DNA from: Paraglomus brasilianum
Taxonomy: Eukaryota
Reading direction: 5' to 3'
Length of the DNA stretch: 58,921 nucleotides
NCBI GenBank assembly: GCA_910592345.1
Contig: CAJVPI010000083.1
Coordinates: forward strand, 1 to 58,921
This document shows positions 49,511 to 58,921 of the stretch, piece by piece. The position numbers and the translations under genes were made by a program. The notes below the pieces were generated by a model, which was given only the letters and a program-made list of their open reading frames with translations, was not told where the DNA came from and made no database searches. Positions within the stretch are counted from its first letter, which is position 1. The number at the start of each line of letters is the position of its first letter.

Positions 49511-51780
49511 CAACGCGCAAGCCTTCCACTTTTTGGACCCCAGGCACCCTGTTGACTACGAGCTTGTAAAGCTTCTTCACATTCATTGACCGCTTTAATT
49601 ATGGGTCTCATCAACACATAATTTCTAACGAAAAATTGTCATTGTTTTATCTCTCGTTCATATAGTGTTAGTGCACTCTCAAATTTTCTTCTATATACAG
49701 CAAGCTGTTGATGTCTCTCTGTAAGTCTGGTATCTTGCTGAATCATTGAGCTCAAATCCTCTTAATTTCTTCATCTGTGTCGTCTCTTAATCTGACCCAA
49801 GGATTGTTCATTGGATTAATGATTGGAAGATTATCCTTTTAAAGATAAGAAACGGATAATCATGTCGGCGTATTGTTTCAGTGTATGTAGGCATGAATAG
49901 TCTGCCATTCTTTTTAGTCACAAGATGCTTACAGAGAAGATACCGACTATTTAAGTATGCAGGGCACGAACACACCCAGTTATTAATGTCAACATGATAT
50001 CTATCTTCCAACATCAGCCATTGCAAGCTCTTTTTGAAATTCTGCCACCAAGCTGGAAATCCAAAGTCAGGAATAAGCTGCTCAGCTAAAATTTGGGTGA
50101 GTTGATCAAGTCGGGGTCTGTTGTGATTATATTTGTAGTTATATTTAAGAACTCGCCAGTGACTCTCAGTAATCATAATTGTACATGCCAACGGCATGGC
50201 AGCCGAATAGGAAGAACGGGCGAACAGTTTCCAATCTTTTTCGTTATACCAACATGTCCACACGATTTCGTGAACGACAGAATCGATAGATCTGTGGCGA
50301 TGTATATTGTCTATCGAAGGAGGGTGTATGGTAAGGATATCATGAATAGAATCCACTTTAAGACTCATGTCGCTTAGAATATTGTCGAGATTGTTTGGTT
50401 CGGGGGAAGAGGCTGAACTCAGGAAAGTGTTTTTTGTTTGTGGATGCGTGTTTGCATGTTTTTTAACTGTATTTCCTTTACAAATTCATCCCGACATAGA
50501 GGACTATTGTCATCCCGTGGAATCAATAAAACTTAAAATTCGGTTTGCTTCCAAGACCTTGGTTGCTGTGTACGTTCTCACCGATTTCTTATCCTTTCGA
50601 TGGAATGTTCAAGATGCCAATAACAGAGTTGAATGTTTGTAATCCATGACCATGCCTCACTGATTCTCCTACATCTTTGTTTAATAAAGCAAATACAGGC
50701 TTAAGTCCGTCACGTCTAAGGCTCGAAAAAAACTTTCGTAGTACTGCAACTCGAGTTTGAGTCTCATTTTCAGGATTTAATCGGTGCTGTCGTAAGTACA
50801 AAGATACAACTGCCTTTAATTCTTTCCGTTGTCCGAATGGACGAATTATCGATTCATGGTGTGACAAAAAACCACCACAAAATTTATTGTGTAATTTACG
50901 ATAATAATAATATGAAACTTGACTAATTAGTCGACGAACGACTGATAAATCATCTACACGAATATTAATGTTATCGTTATCCTGTTGTTCAAGAAACGAT
51001 AAAGACTTTCTTAATTAGATGTGTGTAGGGTTTGGGACGTTTTTTACCAGATTGCTTTTGGAACGATCCATAAAACTCTTCATAATTTGGACGGCTGAAT
51101 GTTATTAATATTAAGCATCCGAATTAAAGGAAGGAAATTTGAATAACGATAAGCGTCCGAATTAACGAGAAATTATTACATATATGGGAAATGATCTGCA
51201 ATAGTTGGATTTTACAATACTTAATTTATACAGTTTGATCACTTACAGTTGTCCGAACCGAATTATTGAGATTTCATAATTATGGACGAATAAAAGGAAG
51301 GAATTTGATATGAAAAAAACGAGTCCGGCATCAAGCGTCCGGATTATGAAAATCCGAATTAAAGAGGGACGAATTAATATTAAAGGCTGTTGACTGTATG
51401 CAATAAATAGGCATACCATAGCCTCCACAATTAGCGTTTACTATAATAACTTCTGTTACATCTTCAGCACCAATAATTCCAAATAAAGGCATAGTAAATC
51501 CGAAGTCGTTTTCTTATCGTTATTCTGTGTAATCAAGTGGTTTGAAGCCTTTTTCAGAAAACGTTGGCTGTTCAAGATACATTTTTGCTGAGAGAAGCTG
51601 ATTCTCCTGATTCATAATGTAAGTATTTTTTTTACAAACCAATGTCCAATAGTAGACTTGTTCCTTTGTATGTACCTCTGAATCTATAAGGTTTTGTTGC
51701 TTGAGTCTTTTATATACCTCTGCATTTGCAGATTATAACCAGTATTTACTTTTATCCTTTCTTTTGCCTCATTAGGGAAT
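49511..51780 (-). mobile_element. Decayed MULE-type transposase with SWIM finger, interrupted by a MITE
   Basis: Fragments TKEQVYYWT, FGFTMPLFGIIG..VTEVII, NANCGGYGMP, RVAVLRKFFSSLRRDGLKPVFALLNKDVGE, WYNEKDWKLFARS, TIMITESHWRVLKYNY..NRPRLDQL, WVCSCPAYLNSRYLLCKHL (SWIM). Confidence 0.8.
50807..51396. mobile_element. ~590-bp pogo-like non-autonomous element nested in the MULE relic
   Basis: Left end TA-CAACTGCCTTTAAT (50805) and right end ATTAAAGGCTGTTGACTG-TA (51398) are inverted, 13/14 core match. Many internal TCCGAATTA repeats. Confidence 0.7.
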
Positions 51781-52746
51781 AACACTTGTTGGTATGTTGT
51801 AATACCATTCACTAACAAATTCATGACATATTACTACAGCTACTCTACCCTATGTACACACTACTCTATGTCCCCAACGCCCGAGTCACAAAGTCGTTAC
51901 CTGCTGAAGTGGCTGATGCTGCGAGTGCATCTTGCAAGTTGCCCACTTGTTTCATCCAGTACTCCTCCTTCACCTTCAGCTCGCCTTCAGCAAAGCCAGC
52001 AATATCTCTTTTCCTTGTCAGTAAGGTCATCCTTTCACGCAGCCTCTTCAGCTGCCCCTTCACTTCTTCGTACTCCTTGTTGGCGTCCTGGTATGCCTGT
52101 TGAATGGTTGTTGTAAAGTTTGCTTTCGATGAGAGGACGTGTTGCGCGATATGATCTAATATATGCTGATCAGTGGCTTAATCAATGACGTACGTATTAG
52201 TATATTAGGACCCTTTTCACAACGTAGCTATTGTTCCCCTGTACGCAGAATGTACCAATGACTTATCTTTTTTATTTATTATTTTACTGATAGTCGTTCG
52301 GTCAATGTATTTTAGACGTTCTTGTTATTTTCTGTGACATTTTTTTATCAAGTGAAGTGAAGAAACTATTAAATTACTTTCCATGGACGGGCTAGTCAAA
52401 ATGTTGCCTAAAGGTCAAAAAATGTGACTACATGGGGGTTGTGACTATTAAGAGGTGTTTATAAAGGGGTACGACTGTATGACTATAACAAACAAACGCG
52501 TTCAGATTAGCACATGTAACTTGAAATAAATAATTCACTTTATTACCAGTAGGTTTACTATGTCCCAAAAATGATGTCATTATAAGTCTAATACTAAATG
52601 CACCCTATAATACATTAACACATAAAAACAGATTATATGAGCACATTCTTAATTATAATTGGCAGATTTCTGCACAGTAAATATCTTGTTGGCAGCAGCC
52701 ATATTAAACATTACCTCCTATACCAAATATACAGTTTCAGTTGACT

Positions 52747-54141
52747 TTAAATATACCTCAATTGGTTAGAGGTAAACTGAGGAGGCGTCCATTGTAAACA
52801 ATTCTCATCGATTTTTCTCTTGTTCTTCCTTTTACTCCGCTCATACGCGGCTACTAGCCCCTCTGATAACAAAATAATCTGTTGCCCCTTGTATGGTTTA
52901 ACAGCACCTAATGTTTGTAATGTTTGTAATATATCTGATTGTGACACACTCGTTCTACTGGATATATCTTCAATAGTGATATCCTCATTTGCATCCTTAA
53001 CCTCAAGAAGCAGCTCAACGACAATCTCTGTCCAATAAGCTCGATAAGACAAAAGACCAAGATCAGATAGTGGTTTCTCAGGTGATCCTATTTTCCCTTC
53101 CTTCTTGGACAGTTCATAAGAAAATGATATTAATAATCTCCCATAACCTTGGCGTTGATATTGAGGCAATGTAAGAATACAGGCGAGATTATATCCTTCA
53201 CCGCTTTCTTTCTCTTTTGAGAAATATCCAATTATATGGCAACCCTTATTATCTCTCTTGCACATTATATAAAAAAGGAACGGATCAACGTCATAATACA
53301 AAGTCTTATGGTCAAGAAATAATTTAGACAATAGACATAGATTACGACAATAAGTTTTCTGCTTATGACCGTCGATCTCAAAGAAAGACAAATCACCCTG
53401 GCGATAGATTTCATTCCCTGGAGGATGTAGCACTGTACATTTTTGTAAATGTCTCTTCAATTGCTGCTCACTTATAAAATGGTATAAGCAAAACTCACAA
53501 ATATAAACAACCGAAGCATTAGCAAACTCGGCTGGAAACGGCGAAAAATACCACGTCTCGACATCGTACTTTCCAATATGTATCCTTTCCAGATTCTTCA
53601 CACGAGATATCTCAGAGAATGATTGCGTCATAGATCCAGAGTGACGTAGCTTTTCGATCTCTTGTTCTTTGGAGAATACAGCAGGAGTAGGCGTACCCGG
53701 TGATGCATCAACATCGGCGTCCTCAGACTGAGGCGTAAATGGATCGTCGAGGGAGGATATCTTACGCTTTTTAGAGACAGGAATTGGAGTACGATTGCCA
53801 TTATGATTTGGGGAAGAGGAATCGGTTTCTCTTAGACCACCTTTGGCTCGTTTTTTTGACGAAGGGCGTTCAATTTCTCTGGAGAAGTCTATTCTATTTA
53901 TAGATACCCACTCGTCGAGACGTTTATTGAATTCCATAAAATGGACATAGTATTCCGTGTGCCCATTGTTATTCCTGACAGACAATATTTCCGCTCTACG
54001 AGCCTCGTTATGATCTTTGGCATCTTTGTTCACATCTACATAGACTTTATACCCAACTGTGATATCATTCGGACTTGGAGAGCCTACGTACGATGGTGTC
54101 GATGGTCGAGATGAAGGGGAGTTGGAGAATTTCGTAGTCAT
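52747..54141 (-). CDS. ESA1: MYST histone acetyltransferase Esa1/Tip60 (NuA4 catalytic subunit), intronless
   Basis: Chromo-barrel AEILSVR..YYVHFMEFNKRLDEWV, EIEKLRHSGSMTQ, TWYFSPFP, C2HC finger ICEFCL..HLQKC, CRNLCLLSKLFLDHKTLYYDVDPFLFY, NLACILTLPQYQRQGYG, GSPEKPLSDLG. Likely ATG 54141 (MTTKFS). Confidence 0.96.
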   Translation of the reverse strand: MTTKFSNSPSSRPSTPSYVGSPSPNDITVGYKVYVDVNKDAKDHNEARRAEILSVRNNNGHTEYYVHFMEFNKRLDEWVSINRIDFSREIERPSSKKRAKGGLRETDSSSPNHNGNRTPIPVSKKRKISSLDDPFTPQSEDADVDASPGTPTPAVFSKEQEIEKLRHSGSMTQSFSEISRVKNLERIHIGKYDVETWYFSPFPAEFANASVVYICEFCLYHFISEQQLKRHLQKCTVLHPPGNEIYRQGDLSFFEIDGHKQKTYCRNLCLLSKLFLDHKTLYYDVDPFLFYIMCKRDNKGCHIIGYFSKEKESGEGYNLACILTLPQYQRQGYGRLLISFSYELSKKEGKIGSPEKPLSDLGLLSYRAYWTEIVVELLLEVKDANEDITIEDISSRTSVSQSDILQTLQTLGAVKPYKGQQIILLSEGLVAAYERSKRKNKRKIDENCLQWTPPQFTSNQLRYI

Positions 54142-54824
54142 ATAAGTGACAATATCTCTGTGGTGAAGTGCAGTGAACTTGGCTGCGGCGGATGAGGATA
54201 GGGAAGAAAGTATGTTTGTGATTGGTTGATAATAACTAAACGGGCACATTCACGTGAAGCATTTTGTGTATATTCGAGGAGGAATGAAAATCAATCAGTA
54301 TGTCTAGCACCAAATTACTATTAGTAGCGCCGTTTGATGATTACAAGAGTCTTTCGTAGATGTAGATATTACATCAACGTTTTAGTCTATATTTATAATT
54401 ACATATGGAATATGAAAAAGCACTTTCTCACAATTGTTTATGCTTACATTAACTTGGGTGGTGTCATTGTTGTTTTTGAAATCAGGCTAGTTTCATCAAC
54501 AATTTTTTATAGCATACATACATACTGTAAACCGCAATCAAATTGTGAGCAAGCTAAAAAGGTATGTAATAAAGGTAATAAACAACATCATAAAATCTAT
54601 TGTTATTGCAAGACATTCTCATTCTCATAGCCAAAGCAGTTATTCAAGAAAGCCAAGATTTTTGCGAATCATCATAACTACTTTTTATTCTTTATTTGTG
54701 TCAAGTACATTATAATTAAAAAAGCAAATTTCGAATTTCGTATCAAATGCAATCCACATTGTACGTGAAGCAAACCAAATCGTATTGTTCATTTGTAATA
54801 AGGATATCAGATTTGTTTGTCAAA

Positions 54825-56200
54825 CTAATTCTGCGAGTCTATACGCTGTTGTTCAAGCATCTCTTCTACAATGGCATAATCATATTCAGGGGGATTGTCT
54901 AGATATAAGTGATGTCCAGCACTACTTATGCGTTTTAATTTTGTAGGGACGCTCATTGTCTTCCTTGCTTCTTCTCCTGCACGATAGTCCATCCAATCAT
55001 GCATACCATCTACCAAACACAAATAGCGATACGTTGTTAAGAAACGAGACATCTTGAAATGCACACCTTCTCCCCATCGTAATGACGGGTTCAATACTTA
55101 CATATAAAAGCGGTCGGCATCTTCAAATTTTTCAATCTCCTAATTAACGGCTTCCTAGCATATGCCCCAGGCGACAGTATCCTATTCAAGGCATATTCCC
55201 CGCTTCCTGATGCACTCGATATCTGAAACAAATAATCGTATAAATCAATCCGATCCCGTTCTTCCAAATGGTTAAACCGCGTAGAGGTATACCATTCTAC
55301 AAGTGACGGACCGAACGGGCCAGACAAGCGCATCATCAACTGCGGTGTGATGTTCGCGTTCCACAAACGAACAATCCAGCTGGAAATCTTTTGACCACCT
55401 CGATATAAAGCTTCGCCGGTGGGACTTGGATTCTCTGGTATTCCGACTGGAGATACGAGAATTAAACGCTCTACCCGTTCGGGATACTTCAATGCGTACA
55501 CAGCTGCCAGATATCCGCCAAGTGAATGACCCAATAAAGTCATCTTCTTGATTTTGTGAATCTCGCGCCACTTCTCCAACGAATCAACGAAGAAACTCTC
55601 AGCTTCGTCGACTGCCTCGTCGACTGTTTTGGCATTTATATTAAATTTTGGTCTGGATGATCTGCCCATACCTAACCAGTCGATGGCATATATCTTCCAC
55701 CCAGGCACCTGAGACAGCGAATGATAATTACGATAGAAGAAACCAAGACCGGCTCCAAAACCATGACACATGACAAGACATTTTTGTGTGCTTGAGGGTG
55801 ATTGTATGTTTGTATGTTGATTCTGTACATCGACCTGTGTTTGTGGCTCGGCAGTAAATCCCAGTTGGGCATCGACCATTGGTTCTGACAGTGATGATGT
55901 CTGTAGTCCATCTCTTCCTATTATGAAATCATTACCCATCTGATCGATAGAAAGTGTGTTTATTTTTCTCTTTCCATCGCCATCGAGATCAACTAATCCT
56001 ACTCTGGCAATCGTCTTTGAATTTTCTGGATTACCAGTCGTTTTCTGGCCGTCGAGGGAAAAAAATGCGAGTCTTGATAACAGACGTGCTTCGGCTGCTT
56101 CGGACGTTTTTTCCGTTCGCTGGTACCAACGACGAAGCGAGGAAAAACGTTCGTTTAGTGGAAGTGCTGGTGGGATAGTTTCTAATGTTAACGAAGTCAT
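54825..56200 (-). CDS. Alpha/beta hydrolase, ABHD4/ABHD5-Cld1/Ict1 family (lipase/acyltransferase), 2 exons
   Basis: LVMCHGFGAGLGFFYRN, AIDWLGMGRSSRP, AESFFVDSLEKWR, nucleophile GHSLGG, SGSGEYAL..ILSPGAYARKPL, FIY|GMHDWMD, and HX4D motif AGHHLYLDNP. One intron at ~55011-55099. Confidence 0.92.
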
Positions 56201-58149
56201 AACAGCTCGAAATGTACGTGAAGAAGCAAAGGAAGTATCGGTGGCTAGGAAGCGCAGGTCCGGGAGGCGTTATTTTATTTATCCTTGTGGAATGTATTCA
56301 TTTTATACTTGCAGATCTGTGATTGTGTAATCACTACCTACATCCCGACACGTAGTATTCCTATTTATGGAGGAGTGGCTATCTGAGCGTCCAATGAAAA
56401 GATAATATTTGAGCCTGTACGACCTGGCAGGAGGATTATTTTCTAAGGCCTATCAGTTTCCAAATCAGGGTTCTTGCAACTCCCTGAGGGTGACGCGACT
56501 CGACATTATTTGCAAACTGAAGCCATTTTTGTGGAAAAAAAACGAAGCTAATATGTATATCTTTTTTGCCTTTACCTTGTTCACACAGAGCTCGATGAAG
56601 ACTAATATTTGATGCTTTTAAAGTATAATCCATTGGAAGTATCTTTTCTTTTTCTTGACTTTAATCATCCTGCATACAACTAATGTAACACGAGCGGAAA
56701 TTCCCATATACGCCCAATAATAATAATTGTTGATCAAGAAGTCGTAAAAATTCAACGGGCATTCCATTAGCTTAGAAACGCCCGAGATGTCAAAATCATA
56801 AACACTTTTTTTTTTACAATTGTCTGATTCGTCGTTTTGTTACCCGATCTGCCATATGTACGAGTGATAGGAACAAATTGTTATCTTTCATTATCGCATG
56901 ATCAGTTTTTTTCGTAATCAGCTCTATCAATCAGTATTCGAAAATCGGACAAGTGAACATACAATAATTATCCGTTATCAAGTCACATCTAAAAGTAACA
57001 GAAAATATTCTCTATATGGGTTGTGTGAATTGGTTTTCACTATTATTTCATATTTATAGTAGAGACTGTTATGAAGACTGTTAAATCATATGTTCCTCTC
57101 TAAATTTCTGCGCAGCTCCGATGGTGACACGAGGCCTCTAAGATCAGCGCTGCCAACTTTCACTTATTCTGTTACGAAGTTCCGGGATTTGACCCGCTCT
57201 GAGAACAGGGTTAAAAATCGTTTCAAGATCATGTAATTTATTGGTACAAGAGATCATTCTGATGTGAAAAGTGACAGCCGCACAAGCTATCATGAGATTC
57301 GCAGTGGGTACATTAGCAGTAGGGCATAGCAGTTGCAGTATAAGAAGCGACTTTCCGTTAGATTCCATCATATTCCTTAATGTTCCTTTAATGTTCAATC
57401 AATATTTTCTTATACTCTGAAATACGTTATTGATGATTTGTTCTCTGGTAATTATCGATATACAGTCAACTCTGTTTATAAGGGCCTTCTTTATACAGAC
57501 TGGTTAAAAATTTATAAATAAATTTCCAACAATAATTTCCATATGTGTGTGATTTCTTTACATGGACCATTCACTTGTCCTGATCCGCAGTAGGAATGGC
57601 GCGATATCAAAGGGTTTTTAATCCTATTTTTAATATCGATATGAGTTACTACGATCTTCTCTATATGAAATAAAAATCTTATAGATAACATTGACAAGTC
57701 CCGTCTTGAATACTTATTACAGGGGGTATGCTACTCCAACTTTGAGCTAAGGGAAGAAGTCAAGGTTTGTACGGTTTGATGTAAATAGTAAAGCCTATAA
57801 ATTGTCAGGTGATGGTTGCATCAGTTAGGGTTTACCATAAAAGCGGGCATTTAGATTATTAGGAATGTCATCATAGTAATAGTATTGTATTTTGAGTGAT
57901 AGAATTTAATTGGCTTATCAAACACACAAATCGATGCCGAGGATATTAATTATCACATTTCTGGGAGTAGCACCGTGGAAACTAAAACCCGGGAGTTTAA
58001 AAACCTCTTAGAAAGAAATATTGCTTACGGACAAAAAACCCAACAAGCCTTTCTATTCTGCATAGCAATGAATTGGCTATGTGTATTAACGATTGAATAA
58101 ATGGACATATTAAGATTGCAATACATAATAGCATACGTTCGCGGAAATC

Positions 58150-58760
58150 CTATCTAACTGACGTACTATAAAACGGCGAGTACCAACAGCCAAAATCCAA
58201 TCCTATTGGTTATTGCTCCAACACGTATATCATGGACACCTGAAAATTTGGTGTTTGATAGCTCCTTCCATGGGCCCATTGCAATAATTGACATATATTT
58301 CTCCAGCTGTGTGATTGCACTATTCAATACATCACCTCTGCTCTGTTGTAGGGATGTATTTCCTCTTCAACAGTGCCCCTTCTCCTTCTGATTCAAGGTT
58401 TCTGTTGAAATTGTCTAGCTGTGATGCAGTGAAGTTGCTACACCAGGATCCAGCTTCCCCACTTAACAAACCCAAGAGGGAAAGAGCTTCAGCTCTACAA
58501 CAATACTCAGAGTCTGGGTATCCAAAATCGAGCATTTGGCAACAAAGAGATTAAGATCAGGGAATTTGTAACACCCTTCACCATAACATTTCCTTGAATC
58601 TGCCATGAGACAGAGTTCAGAAACCTGACCACTGAATGGAATTAGTGACAGCAGAGCAGATTTTAGTGCACACTCATTGACTGTTTGTAGGTCTCCTGTC
58701 AATTCACTCCTGAAGTACTTCTTTATAATTTCAATAAACGAGTTTACTGTTCCATCCAAA
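58150..58760 (-). pseudogene. Degenerate PD-(D/E)XK-like nuclease domain of the AAA-ATPase-like fungal expanded family
   Basis: VNECALKSALL..SELCLMAD..GCYKFPDL..SIVVELKL, frameshift, SLLGLLSG..LLKRKY..VLNSAITQLEKYMSIIAMG..GVHDIRV..ILAVGTRRFIVR. Frameshifts and stops present. Confidence 0.5.
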
Positions 58761-58921
58761 AGGTCTTAGTATACCCTATCCCTATCTCAGTAGTGCCAGC
58801 AAAATTGTTGGCACATTGTTCTTCAATTAATTGTGCAATCACCTTGTCAGCGGTTTTCTTCGCGAGGCGGCTGCGCTCCCTCACCGTGACAATAGAGCTC
58901 TGTAGTGTCGATGCTTAGTGA

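Noticed and set aside
51823..52116. Coiled-coil-like minus-strand ORF 51866-52063
   Set aside because: Coding-like composition but no start context or domain; cannot be supported as a gene.
57460..57490. pogo-like TIR start TACAGTCAACTCT
   Set aside because: No matching opposite end found in the window.
1..58921. tRNA, rRNA or snRNA genes
   Set aside because: None recognised by eye; a tRNAscan-SE/Infernal search is needed to exclude them.

Overview
Eukaryotic, intron-rich, AT-rich genomic DNA from an early-diverging fungus (inferred Mucoromycota, possibly Glomeromycotina, from gene content and transposon relics). Fourteen spliced or intronless genes are recognisable: a 14-TMS MFS (DHA2-type) transporter, SPB4/DDX55, SmD1, ERG3, MDV1/CAF4, an OCA4-like pseudophosphatase, MIS18, an importin-alpha-like ARM protein, SWT1, METTL3/IME4, AMT1/MTA1, a BOD1/Shg1-like protein, ESA1/Tip60 and an ABHD4/5-Cld1/Ict1 hydrolase. 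There is also an intronless 593-aa protein made of four ~148-aa repeats of unknown function. The strongest signal is a compact adenine-methylation locus: the RNA m6A writer METTL3 and the DNA 6mA writer AMT1/MTA1 lie tail-to-tail with 116 bp between stop codons, and AMT1 is head-to-head (233 bp) with a BOD1/Shg1-like COMPASS-associated gene. About 3 kb to the left is a decayed, intron-containing Fanzor2-like (IS607 TnpB-derived) RNA-guided nuclease gene abutting the SWT1 start. Intergenic space holds Tc1/mariner, pogo and MULE relics (including a nested insertion), a MITE, an ISD11 pseudogene and several tandem repeats. Exon structures were read by eye and family assignments come from recalled motifs, not database searches.
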